DNA from: an uncultured bacterium | Lineage (GTDB): Bacteria > Lernaellota > Lernaellaia > Lernaellales > Lernaellaceae | Length of the DNA stretch: 25,346 nucleotides | Direction of reading: 5' to 3' | Assembly (NCBI GenBank): GCA_964534375.1 | Contig: CAZHPN010000079.1 | Location: 1-25,346, forward strand | Part shown: positions 1 to 7,949 of the stretch, in pieces | How positions within the stretch are numbered: position 1 is the stretch's first letter | How the letters are laid out: each line of letters begins with the position of its first letter | Notes under the pieces: generated by a model | The model's input: the letters and a program-made list of their open reading frames with translations, nothing else | Databases searched by the model: none | Told to the model about the DNA's origin: nothing | Program-made: the position numbers and the translations under genes

Positions 1-10
1 GGGAGGGGCG

Positions 11-31
11 CGGCCACGCCGGGCGTGGCCG
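11..31. repeat. GC-rich inverted repeat CGGCCACGCC-G-GGCGTGGCCG
   Basis: Perfect 10-bp arms with a 1-nt spacer, read directly. Function unknown (REP-like or hairpin). Confidence 0.5.
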
Positions 32-167
32 GGGGAGAGGTCTGCGCGACCAAAATCGAGTGCAATTCGGCCCTTTTCGCGGCGTTGCAGGTCTTATTCT
101 AGCACCTATTCGGGTGTCCCCACCCGCACTTTGTGTCGCGCGCCGGCATTATTTTCGGGGAAGCATT

Positions 168-908
168 TTGACCTGTCGTCTGTCGGTTTTCGCGGTCATC
201 GCGTTCGCGGCGTTCGCCGCCGGCGCGTGGGCCGAGGACGCCACGCCGAGTCCGCCGGCCGAGGGGACGCCGGCGCCGGCCGCGCCGCCGGTCGGCCCGA
301 CGGCGACCTCGCCGCGTTGGATCACGTTCAGCCTGGGGCCGACCTTCTATTATTTGTTCGACCATGCCACGCAGACGACGCTGGGCAAGGAAGTGTACGG
401 CGGCGAGTTGCGCTTTCGCTATCATCCGGTTCCGTGGTTCGCGATCGGGTTCAACCCCGGCTACCTGGTCGGCCAGCAGCACAGCACGGTGAATCTCGGG
501 CCTTCCGGCTACCAGACGAGTTTCCAGCGGCTCACTTCGTCGTCGCTGACCGTGCTCAACGTCGGGTTGTACGCGCAAATTCTGCCGTTCCACCGCGTCA
601 ATCCGTTCGTCGGCGTCACCGGCGGCGCCGGGTATTACTCCGGCCGGCTCGAGCCGCAAAACATCAACTCGCCGCTGCCGCTCGGCCACGACGCGTTGAC
701 CTCGATCGTCAACCGCTGGGCGGCGGACGTGGGCGGCGAGGCCGGTTTGGACGTGCGCATCACGCCGTGGTTCGGCGTCTTCGCCATCGGGTTTTGCCAA
801 TATTACGGGGCCGTGCAGGCGCAACTGGCGATCCCCGGCGCGGTGGAAAAGATCCGCTTTCCCCTCAGTCAGGCAGGCGCGACGGCGGGCATCATTGTTT
901 ATTACTGA
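168..908 (+). CDS. Putative outer-membrane beta-barrel protein (OmpW/OMP_b-brl-like)
   Basis: Signal peptide (FAVIAFAAFAAGAWA|ED), Pro-rich linker, alternating beta-strands (NPFVGVTGGAGYY, GGEAGLDVRITPWFGVF), C-terminal aromatic residue (GIIVYY). TTG at 168 preferred over 60; start uncertain. Confidence 0.7.
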   Translation: MTCRLSVFAVIAFAAFAAGAWAEDATPSPPAEGTPAPAAPPVGPTATSPRWITFSLGPTFYYLFDHATQTTLGKEVYGGELRFRYHPVPWFAIGFNPGYLVGQQHSTVNLGPSGYQTSFQRLTSSSLTVLNVGLYAQILPFHRVNPFVGVTGGAGYYSGRLEPQNINSPLPLGHDALTSIVNRWAADVGGEAGLDVRITPWFGVFAIGFCQYYGAVQAQLAIPGAVEKIRFPLSQAGATAGIIVYY

Positions 909-925
909 AATCGGCAACCGGATGG

Positions 926-954
926 TTGACAGGTTCCGGCGATTCCTTTAGAAA
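926..954 (+). promoter_or_regulatory. Putative sigma70 promoter TTGACA-N17-TAGAAA
   Basis: Perfect -35, 17-nt spacer, partial -10, about 45 nt upstream of ATG 999. Confidence 0.45.
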
Positions 955-998
955 GTTCGGGCATCTAGATAACAGGTCACGCGATCGGGAGAAAAAAC

Positions 999-1517
999 AT
1001 GCGTAAGATTTTTCTTGTCGTGTTTGCTGCGGCGCTGTTGGGCGCGTTAGTCACGTTCGCCATCGCCGAGACGCAGTACTATGGCGAAACCCATCACAAG
1101 GTCGATTTCGGCAAGAGCCTCCGGAGTTCGGGCATCGGCATGGAGCACCTCATCGCGAAGTGGGACGCGACGGGGCTCAAACATCTGGAATACAAACTCT
1201 CGGCGCACCGGGGCCGGACGAAGTTGAATGACGTATACGTCGTCACCGGCGGCCAGACGCTCTACAAACGGGCGGAGCACAAGAAGCTCGCCGTCGACCT
1301 GTCGTTCACCGACCTGACCGAAATGAAGGCCTTCTTCGACGGCATCGACTTCGTCAACCCGATCAAGCCGTTCGGCTACGACAGCGAGATCTGGTGGATG
1401 ATGACGTACTACGACAAAGTCAAAGACAACGGCGTCGACAAGGAAGTGCCCCACGAGGCCGTGGTCATTTGGAAGATGAAAGACAACAGCATCGACTGGA
1501 AGCCTGTCAAGCAGTGA
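999..1517 (+). CDS. Secreted hypothetical protein
   Basis: GGGAG RBS, Sec signal peptide (MRKIFLVVFAAALLGALVTFAIA|E), host-like codon usage, no recognised domain. Confidence 0.8.
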   Translation: MRKIFLVVFAAALLGALVTFAIAETQYYGETHHKVDFGKSLRSSGIGMEHLIAKWDATGLKHLEYKLSAHRGRTKLNDVYVVTGGQTLYKRAEHKKLAVDLSFTDLTEMKAFFDGIDFVNPIKPFGYDSEIWWMMTYYDKVKDNGVDKEVPHEAVVIWKMKDNSIDWKPVKQ

Positions 1518-1544
1518 ACCGGTCCGCCGGAAATGCGACTGAGA

Positions 1545-1581
1545 GCGGGAATCGCCGCCGGGGCGGTTCCCGTTTTGTTTT
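1545..1581 (+). terminator. Putative intrinsic terminator
   Basis: GCGGGAATCGCC / GGCGGTTCCCGT stem (with G-U pairs) followed by TTTGTTTT, about 30 nt after stop 1517. Confidence 0.55.
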
Positions 1582-2089
1582 GCGGCGCGCTCTGGCGCTG
1601 GCGGCGCTGGTCGCGGCGCTCGCCGGCTGCGGTTATCATCTCGCGCGGCCGGGCAACAATCTGCCGCAGGGCATCCGGCGGCTGGCGGTTCCCGTGTTCA
1701 AGAACGAAACGATGGAGCCGGCGATCGAAGCGCAGTTGACCGACCAGTTGCGCCGCCGCTTCACCGAAAGCGGCTGGGTGCGGCTTACGGCGGTGGAAGA
1801 AGCCGACGCGCTGCTCGTCGGTTCGATCACGCAATTTCACACGAGCCCGATTTCGTTTTCGTCAACGAGTTTCGCCGCGGAATATCGCGCCGAGATGCAC
1901 GTCGCGGTGCGCCTGGTCGATCGCCAGGGCGTCAAGCTGTGGTACGACCCCGATTTGACCAAGTACCGCGAATATCAAAGCGCCGTCGATATTTCGCAGA
2001 GCGAGGCCAACAAGACCGTGGCCATCTCCTGGTTGACGCAGGAAGTTTCGCGCGACGTTCACGACCGCATCTTCGACGGGTTTCGCTAG
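1580..2089 (+). CDS. lptE: LPS assembly lipoprotein LptE
   Basis: Lipobox LAGC followed by GYHL, LAVPVFKNETMEP motif, located directly upstream of holA. Start is TTG 1580 or GTG 1514. Confidence 0.8.
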   Translation: MRRALALAALVAALAGCGYHLARPGNNLPQGIRRLAVPVFKNETMEPAIEAQLTDQLRRRFTESGWVRLTAVEEADALLVGSITQFHTSPISFSSTSFAAEYRAEMHVAVRLVDRQGVKLWYDPDLTKYREYQSAVDISQSEANKTVAISWLTQEVSRDVHDRIFDGFR

Positions 2090-2091
2090 CC

Positions 2092-3081
2092 ATGCAACTG
2101 GAAACGCTGGACAAGAGCCTCGCGGCCGGGTTGAAGCCCGTCTACTGCCTCGTCGGCCGGCAGCCGTTTCAACTGGAACTTGCCAAGCGGAAGATCGCCG
2201 CCGCCGTGCCGCTGGGCGCCGTGCGCGATCTGAACACCGACGCCTTCTATGTCGAGCAAGACGCCATCGCTGGCGTGCCGCGCCTCGCCAACACCCTGCC
2301 GATGATGTCCAAATGGCGGCTGATCGTCATGCACGACTGGCACAAGGCGAAGGCGAAGGACGCCGAGGCGCTGACCGAATACCTCGAATCGCCGGCGAAC
2401 TTCACGGTTCTCGTGCTGCTCGCGGAAAAGGTGGACGGCCGCTCCAAGCTCGTCAAGCTGATCAAGAAGTGCGGCCTGATGCTGGAATTCGAACGGCTGT
2501 ACGAATCGAAAATGCGGCCGTGGGTGACGGCCATCGCCGAAACCCAGGGCGTCAAGCTCGCCGGCGACGCGGTGGATTACCTGGTGCGCGCCGTCGGGCC
2601 CGACCTCGCGTCCGTGTCCAAGGAAATCGAAAAAGCCGCGCTGCACGCCGGCGGCGGCCCGGTCGGCGTCGAGAACCTCGCGGCCGTGCTGGCGGCCGTC
2701 AAGGAGCAATCGTTCTACGAGATGTTCGACGCCGTCGCCGAGCGCAACGCGGAAGAGGCGCTGCGCATCCTCAAAGAGATGGTCGATCAAGGTCAGCCGC
2801 CGATCGCGATCCTCGCAATGCTCGGCCGCGCCCTGCGCCAATTGATCGTCGCGCGCCAGTTGATGCAGGAAAAGATCGACCACGACGACGTCGCCCGCGT
2901 CCTGGGGATGACGCCGTGGCTCGCGCAAAAAACGCTGGCGCAGGCGCGTTCGTTTTCCGGCGTGGCGCTGCGCGAAGAGTTGCTGGCCTGGTCGCGCGTC
3001 GACCTCGCGCTCAAAGACGGCCGCAGCCACGACCGCGCCATTCTCGAACGAATGGTCCTCAGCCTCTGCCGCCGGCGCTGA
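2092..3081 (+). CDS. holA: DNA polymerase III subunit delta
   Basis: LKPVYCLVG, NTLPMMSKWRLI, KEIEKAALHA and C-terminal DLALKDG...LERMVL motifs; conserved lptE-holA><rpsT synteny. Confidence 0.92.
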   Translation: MQLETLDKSLAAGLKPVYCLVGRQPFQLELAKRKIAAAVPLGAVRDLNTDAFYVEQDAIAGVPRLANTLPMMSKWRLIVMHDWHKAKAKDAEALTEYLESPANFTVLVLLAEKVDGRSKLVKLIKKCGLMLEFERLYESKMRPWVTAIAETQGVKLAGDAVDYLVRAVGPDLASVSKEIEKAALHAGGGPVGVENLAAVLAAVKEQSFYEMFDAVAERNAEEALRILKEMVDQGQPPIAILAMLGRALRQLIVARQLMQEKIDHDDVARVLGMTPWLAQKTLAQARSFSGVALREELLAWSRVDLALKDGRSHDRAILERMVLSLCRRR

Positions 3082-3147
3082 GCGCGCCGCGCCGAACCGC
3101 CCCGAAATACTGGCCCCGGCAGCGACTCAACGAGATAAGGGCGTTCC

Positions 3148-3219
3148 AATAGGACGAATAGGTCGGATAGGTCGAATAGGCCGGATAGATCCCATAACTC
3201 CCACAACTCCCATAATTCC
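3148..3219. repeat. Degenerate 9-bp tandem repeat (8 units)
   Basis: Units: AATAGGACG AATAGGTCG GATAGGTCG AATAGGCCG GATAGATCC CATAACTCC CACAACTCC CATAATTCC. Confidence 0.8.
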
Positions 3220-3299
3220 CATTGCTTTTACATGGTTTTCCCCGTCTTTCAAGGAAATTCCGCAAACCAATCTTGACGAGGAGTGTCGGGGACGAAACG

Positions 3300-3321
3300 A
3301 AAAAACCGGGCTCGCCCGGTT
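3300..3321 (-). terminator. Intrinsic terminator of rpsT
   Basis: Minus strand AACCGGG-CGAG-CCCGGTT plus T run, just after the rpsT stop. Confidence 0.75.
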
Positions 3322-3329
3322 CCTCAGCG

Positions 3330-3596
3330 TCAGACGGTCTTCTTCTGAGCTGCCTTGGTCAGACGGCCGAGCCGGCGGCTGGCGGTCTTCTTTTTCAGGA
3401 CGCCCTTCGACGCGGCTTTGCTGAGCTGTTTCGCCACGGCGCGCAACTGCGTGTCGACGGCCGCTTTTTCGCCGGTTTCGAGCACGGCCCGCATTTTCTT
3501 GGTCTCGGTCTTCACCTGGCTGCGGACTGTGCGGTTGCGTTCGCGCCGTTTTTCGCTCTGCCGCATGCGCTTTTCGGCGCTCGGGTGGTTCGCCAC
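3330..3596 (-). CDS. rpsT: 30S ribosomal protein S20
   Basis: MANHPSAEKRMRQSEKRRERNR...KAASKGVLKKKTASRRLGRL; GTG start with AGGAGG RBS. Confidence 0.97.
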   Translation of the reverse strand: MANHPSAEKRMRQSEKRRERNRTVRSQVKTETKKMRAVLETGEKAAVDTQLRAVAKQLSKAASKGVLKKKTASRRLGRLTKAAQKKTV

Positions 3597-3653
3597 GTTT
3601 CGTTCCTCCTGGAGCTTGCTCACAAAATCAAGCGATTCGAAAACAGGGCGCAA

Positions 3654-3682
3654 TCTATAGCGGCGAGCGCCGTTGTTGTCAA
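3654..3682 (-). promoter_or_regulatory. Putative sigma70 promoter of rpsT, TTGACA-N17-TATAGA
   Basis: Perfect -35, 17-nt spacer, near-consensus -10. Confidence 0.65.
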
Positions 3683-3688
3683 GCGGCT

Positions 3689-4090
3689 TTACAACCTCGA
3701 TCCGTTGCCGCCCGGTCCGGGGCCGCCGCCCGGTCCACGGCCGCCGCCGATTCCGGAGGCTTTTTCGGCGATGCCGTCATGTTCGACAATCACCCGCATC
3801 TGGCCCACGGAGATGAGTTGGTCGCAATTGTCGCCGGTCTGGCTTTTCATGATCAGACCGAGCTGGAAGCCCTGAATGCCCTGCGAGACGAGGCAACCGG
3901 AGACAATCATCGGCATCTCGTAGTCGCACCCGTCCGCGGCCCCGCGGGCGTCGACGTAGGCCGAGAAGCAGGAATCCGCGCCTGACAAGAGGCCGCCGAG
4001 CCAGGAGCCGTTGTCCGACCCCTGTAGGTCGAGGTAATTGAGGGTGAGGGAACCGTCGAGCTGCTGGTTGTCAAACGTGTATTTTTCCAC
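3689..4090 (-). CDS. Hypothetical protein (4 Cys, Gly/Pro-rich C-terminal tail)
   Basis: GGAGGAG RBS 5 nt before GTG 4090; protein-like beta-rich composition. Alternative start at ATG 4150. Confidence 0.6.
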   Translation of the reverse strand: MEKYTFDNQQLDGSLTLNYLDLQGSDNGSWLGGLLSGADSCFSAYVDARGAADGCDYEMPMIVSGCLVSQGIQGFQLGLIMKSQTGDNCDQLISVGQMRVIVEHDGIAEKASGIGGGRGPGGGPGPGGNGSRL

Positions 4091-4145
4091 AGCGACTCCT
4101 CCATGGGACTCCGCGCGGCGGTTCACTCCGCCCAGGGTAGAGGAG

Positions 4146-4175
4146 ACCATAAGTATTGCGGTATCCGAGCGTCAA
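4146..4175 (-). promoter_or_regulatory. Putative promoter TTGACG-N18-TATGGT
   Basis: Upstream of GTG 4090. It overlaps ATG 4150, which favours the shorter start. Confidence 0.4.
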
Positions 4176-4234
4176 GGCGGCGTCGCGGGCGTCGGCGTAA
4201 GCAATTTCTGGCGAGGCGGCTCCGTCGACCCGCA

Positions 4235-4252
4235 TCGTGAAATTTTTCACGA
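4235..4252. promoter_or_regulatory. Rex-like operator TCGTGAAA-TT-TTTCACGA
   Basis: Perfect 18-bp palindrome containing GTGAA-N4-TTCAC, the Rex box core, in the divergent intergenic region. Confidence 0.6.
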
Positions 4253-4386
4253 CGTTTCCTCCCCGGACGTCGGCGCCGTGGCCCGGGCCAGCCGCGCCAA
4301 AAGACCATATTTATCGAGGATTAACCTCGTCAACTTTGGTGGATGCGCGGCGCGCGCCCATTTTTGCGGAACCGGACGATTTTGTC

Positions 4387-4416
4387 TTGACGGGATTGCG
4401 AAAAGCATGCTAAAAA
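4387..4416 (+). promoter_or_regulatory. Putative promoter of the acyl-CoA dehydrogenase, TTGACG-N18-TAAAAA with extended TG
   Basis: Immediately upstream of the operator palindrome at 4425. Confidence 0.45.
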
Positions 4417-4424
4417 ACGTTCCT

Positions 4425-4444
4425 CTGAATGAAGATTCATTCAG
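4425..4444. promoter_or_regulatory. TetR-family (Bacillus FadR/YsiA-like) operator CTGAATGAA-GA-TTCATTCAG
   Basis: Perfect 20-bp palindrome with TGAATGA-N4-TCATTCA core, between the promoter and the start of a beta-oxidation gene. Confidence 0.7.
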
Positions 4445-4506
4445 CCGGGCGGAAAATCCCGCAGAACGCGGATAAGACCACTTAATGCTGCTGAAGGAGG
4501 GTGTTC

Positions 4507-6372
4507 ATGAGTCATTATCTCGTTGACGAACGCGACGTCCGTTTCGTGTTGCAAGACTACCTGAACGTGGGCCAGTTGGCGAACTACCCGAAGTACGCCG
4601 AAGTGGGCTACGATTGGGACACCGCCTGGTCGATGATCCAAACCGCGCTGAAGGTCGCCCAGGACGTGGTGGCCCCGCTGAACGAAACCGGCGACAAGGC
4701 CGGCGGCGTGAAGTTCGAGGGCGGCAAGGTGTACGTGCCCGAAGGCTACGACAAAGCCTATCGCGCGTTCATCGACAACGGCTTCCTGACGCTCTCCGGC
4801 ACGCCGGAATGGGGCGGCATGGGCTGGCCGCACCTGATCAACATGGCCGTCATGGAAATGTTCTGCGGCGCGTGCTCGGCGTTCACGATGTACCCCGAGT
4901 TGGCGATCGGCGCGGCCCGCATGTTCGACGCGTTCGCCAGCGCGGAACTGAAGGCGAAGTACCTGCCCAAGATGTTCACCGGCGAATGGGGCGGCACGAT
5001 GTGCCTGACCGAGTCCGGCGCGGGCTCCGACGTCGGCGCGTTGAAGACCAGCGCGAAGCGCGAAGCCGACGGCTCGTTCCTGATCACCGGCACGAAGATT
5101 TTCATTTCGTCGGGCGATCACAACCTGACCGAAAACATCATTCACCCGGTGCTCGCCCGCATCGAGGGCGCCCCGGCCGGCGTGAAGGGCATCAGCCTGT
5201 TCCTCGTGCCGAAATTACTGGTCAATGAAGACGGCTCGCTGGGCGAGTGGAACGACGTGGCGTGCGGCGGCGTCGAGCACAAGATGGGCATCAAGGGCTC
5301 GGCCACCTGCACCCTGAACTTCGGCGAAAACGGCAAGTGCCGCGGCTGGCTCGTGGGCGAAGAAAACGACGGCATCAAGTACATGTTCATGATGATGAAC
5401 GAAGCGCGCTTGTACGTCGGCCTGCAGGCGGCCTCGATCGCCAACACCGCGTGGTTGAACTCGCTGAAGTACGCCCAAACCCGCGTGCAGTTCCGCCACG
5501 TGCGCGACATGGCCAAGCACGACGCCCCGGGCGTGCCGATCGTCGAGCACCCGGACGTCCGCCGGATGCTGATGTTCAACAAGGCGTTCGCCGAAGGCAT
5601 GCGCGCCCTGCTGGCCAAGACCGCGTTCTATCACGACATGGCGCTGGTCACGGAAGGCGCCGAGCACGACAAGTTCGACGGCCTGGTCGAATTGCTGGTG
5701 CCGATCTGCAAAGCCTATTGCACCGACTGGACCTTCGACGTCACCGAGCAGGCCATCCAGATCTACGGCGGTTACGGCTATTGCTCGGAGTACCCGGTCG
5801 AACAGTATTGCCGCGACACCAAGATTCTGTCCCTCTACGAAGGCACCAACGGCATCCAGGCCCTCGACCTGCTCGGCCGCAAGCTGACGATGAAGGGCGG
5901 CACCCTGTTCATGTATTACATGCAAGACCTCGCCGGGTTCTGCAACAAGAACAAGGCCCACGCGACGATGGCCCCTTACGTGAAGAAGCTGCAAAAGGCG
6001 CAGGAAACCCTCGCCATGACCGCAATGGGCATGGGCGCCTTCATGAAGAAACCGACCTTCAACGAGAAGATCGTGCCGGTGCTCTACGCGCGGCCGTTCC
6101 TCGATATGTTCGGCCATATTGTCGTTTCGCAATTGCACATCGAAATGGCGATGAAAGCCGACGAACTGCTGCAGAAGTTGTACGCCGACAAGGGCGTCGC
6201 GGGCGACGTCGAGAAGCAAAAGGCCCTCGTGAAAGAGAACGACGAGGCCAAGTACCTCTACAACAAGATCCTCACGGCGATCTGGTTCGTGAACAACGTC
6301 CTGCCGGAAGCGCAGGTCGTGGCGGAATTGTTCAAGACCGCCGACACCAGCGCGCTCGAAGCGGTGTTCTAG
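4507..6372 (+). CDS. Acyl-CoA dehydrogenase (long, about 600-aa FadE5-like type)
   Basis: GTMCLTESGAGSDVG, GTKIFISSGDH, EHKMGIKGSATC, MMNEARL, AIQIYGGYGY, LYEGTNGIQALDL motifs; GAAGGAGG RBS. Confidence 0.96.
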   Translation: MSHYLVDERDVRFVLQDYLNVGQLANYPKYAEVGYDWDTAWSMIQTALKVAQDVVAPLNETGDKAGGVKFEGGKVYVPEGYDKAYRAFIDNGFLTLSGTPEWGGMGWPHLINMAVMEMFCGACSAFTMYPELAIGAARMFDAFASAELKAKYLPKMFTGEWGGTMCLTESGAGSDVGALKTSAKREADGSFLITGTKIFISSGDHNLTENIIHPVLARIEGAPAGVKGISLFLVPKLLVNEDGSLGEWNDVACGGVEHKMGIKGSATCTLNFGENGKCRGWLVGEENDGIKYMFMMMNEARLYVGLQAASIANTAWLNSLKYAQTRVQFRHVRDMAKHDAPGVPIVEHPDVRRMLMFNKAFAEGMRALLAKTAFYHDMALVTEGAEHDKFDGLVELLVPICKAYCTDWTFDVTEQAIQIYGGYGYCSEYPVEQYCRDTKILSLYEGTNGIQALDLLGRKLTMKGGTLFMYYMQDLAGFCNKNKAHATMAPYVKKLQKAQETLAMTAMGMGAFMKKPTFNEKIVPVLYARPFLDMFGHIVVSQLHIEMAMKADELLQKLYADKGVAGDVEKQKALVKENDEAKYLYNKILTAIWFVNNVLPEAQVVAELFKTADTSALEAVF

Positions 6373-6395
6373 ACCGCCCCTCGCGGAAACGCGTC

Positions 6396-6429
6396 AAGCC
6401 CGGGATCGTTCGCGATCCCGGGCTTTTTT
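6396..6429 (+). terminator. Intrinsic terminator (possibly bidirectional)
   Basis: AAGCCCGGGATCG-TTCG-CGATCCCGGGCTT plus TTTT, between convergent genes. Confidence 0.9.
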
Positions 6430-6443
6430 GCGTGCGCCGGCCG

Positions 6444-6833
6444 TCACAGCGTGATCACCGACGCCTCGAGGGCGAGATCGACGACGTGGCCGACGCCGCA
6501 CAGTTCGGCCCCCGCCATCAACGGCGCCGGCCGGGGCGCGGCCGCGTTGTCGCCGACGGCGCATTGCGCGGCGTCGCACGGGCTGCACACGAGCACGCGG
6601 CCGCCCGACTCAATGAACTGGCCGACGTACGTCGTCAACGGCGCGAAGCCGTCGACCTGCACCCCGTCCCACGATCTTTCGCGCGACCAGACGGCGCCGT
6701 TCATCGTCAGGTAGATGGTCGCGGCGACGCCCGAAATCTGCGCTGCCATCCCCATGGAAAAGGCGAGGGTGGCGCGATTGCCGCGATCCTCGGCGCCCGT
6801 CGTCAAAATGATCAGCATCTTGTTCGTCGCCAT
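6444..6833 (-). CDS. DsrE-family sulfur relay protein
   Basis: ILTTGAED...RATLAF...IYLTMNGA...GGRVLVCSPC, a DsrE/F-like fold with CxxC. Confidence 0.85.
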   Translation of the reverse strand: MATNKMLIILTTGAEDRGNRATLAFSMGMAAQISGVAATIYLTMNGAVWSRERSWDGVQVDGFAPLTTYVGQFIESGGRVLVCSPCDAAQCAVGDNAAAPRPAPLMAGAELCGVGHVVDLALEASVITL

Positions 6834-6879
6834 CGGCCGGTCCTTTCCGCCATCGCGCCCGCGCCGCTTCCGGCGGTCG

Positions 6880-7107
6880 TCAGGCGACCTTCTTGATGGT
6901 CGCGACGATCAAGGCGTCGCGCCGATCCAATTCGAGCAGCACGTGCCCCGTGCGTTTGCACCACGCCTCGATGTCGAGCCGGAACGCCGGATCGTCGGCC
7001 CGCACCTCGAGCACGTCGCCCGCCGCCAGGGTCTTGATGAATCGGTGGACTTCGAACAGCGGCTGCGGGCATTTCATCCCCATCGCGTCGAGAATTTTTG
7101 CGCTCAT
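6880..7107 (-). CDS. tusA: Sulfurtransferase TusA family protein
   Basis: LDAMGMKCPQP (CPxP motif), GDVLEVRADDP, DIEAWCKRTGH. Confidence 0.93.
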   Translation of the reverse strand: MSAKILDAMGMKCPQPLFEVHRFIKTLAAGDVLEVRADDPAFRLDIEAWCKRTGHVLLELDRRDALIVATIKKVA

Positions 7108-7119
7108 GGTCGCTCCTCG

Positions 7120-7767
7120 TCAGATAAAAAGAGTGACGTCGGATTCCATCGCCCGACCCATGAAGGCGCCGACGCCGGCGCGGTCCATCGCCGGATAGTC
7201 GATCAGGTCGTCGAATTTCATCCCCATCAGGTCCATGCTCATCTCGCAGACGATGAAGCGCACGCCGAGTTCGCGCGCCATGCCGAAGAGCGCGGCGAGA
7301 TCCGACACGTTCTTTTTCTTCATGCGCCGCTTGATCATACCGGTTCCCAACCCGCCCCAGTTCATCGTCGAGAGTTTCAGGCCGCCCGCGCCGGACGGCA
7401 GCATCCAGCCGAACATCCGCTCGATGAACGGTCGCGCGCCGCGAAAGGCGCCCTTGCGCAAAGCGGCCGTACCCCAGAAGGTGAAGAACACCGTGACCTC
7501 GCTGCCCATCGCCGCCGCGCCCGTCGCGATATTCATCGCCGCGAGCAAGCGATCGAGCGAGCCGCTGAAGACAACCAGGCAGAGCGAGCCGCCTTTCTTC
7601 AGGCCCGCCGCGGCGCCGGCGTCGACCGGCGGCTGTTCGCGACGCTGCGCATTCAGCAAGGCGATTTGCGATTCCAAAAAGGCGAGCCGATCTTCCAGGC
7701 TTGTGTGATCCGACCGGATCCCCGCGTGGTTTCCGGTCTGCTGTTCGTGGATTGTCGATTCGGTCAT
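7120..7767 (-). CDS. DsrE2/DrsE_2-family sulfur carrier with N-terminal coiled extension
   Basis: VFSGSLDR, IATGAAAMG, VFFTFWG, IVCEMSMDLMG and TLFI terminus; GGAGG RBS. Confidence 0.9.
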   Translation of the reverse strand: MTESTIHEQQTGNHAGIRSDHTSLEDRLAFLESQIALLNAQRREQPPVDAGAAAGLKKGGSLCLVVFSGSLDRLLAAMNIATGAAAMGSEVTVFFTFWGTAALRKGAFRGARPFIERMFGWMLPSGAGGLKLSTMNWGGLGTGMIKRRMKKKNVSDLAALFGMARELGVRFIVCEMSMDLMGMKFDDLIDYPAMDRAGVGAFMGRAMESDVTLFI

Positions 7768-7884
7768 GAACGCCGCCTCCTCTGCTTATTTCGCTCTCCG
7801 CAACAACACCATCGATACTGCGGAGTTTCAAAACACATAAAAAATCTAACTCCTGTTTCACGATTGGCAAATCCAAGTCTTCCA

Positions 7885-7898
7885 ATACGTTAACGTAT
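7885..7898. promoter_or_regulatory. Perfect palindrome ATACGTTAACGTAT (candidate operator)
   Basis: 14-bp palindrome in the AT-rich region upstream of the sulfur-carrier operon. Confidence 0.45.
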
Positions 7899-7916
7899 GC
7901 AAGAACGTTGTCATGC

Positions 7917-7949
7917 AACTACACACCAAAAGTGTAGTTTTTTGTTTTT
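7917..7949. promoter_or_regulatory. Inverted repeat AACTACAC-N7-GTGTAGTT followed by a T tract (operator or terminator)
   Basis: Perfect 8-bp arms, then a T-rich tract on the + strand. Confidence 0.45.

Noticed and set aside
3059..3265. 68-aa ORF with a YxxYxxY periodic pattern (possible RiPP precursor)
   Set aside because: The periodicity is simply the 9-bp repeat translated; it overlaps the holA end and has no modifying enzymes adjacent.
3271..3300. TTGACGAG...CGAAAC resembling a hammerhead ribozyme core
   Set aside because: The core is UUGA rather than CUGA, and stem II does not pair.
6444..7767. Selenocysteine read-through or a dissimilatory dsr operon
   Set aside because: Active-site residues are Cys codons, TGA stops fall at the expected family ends, and no dsrAB/dsrC is present.
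7898..7913. Sigma54-like TGACAAC-N4-TTGCA on the minus strand
   Set aside because: Lacks the invariant GG at -24.
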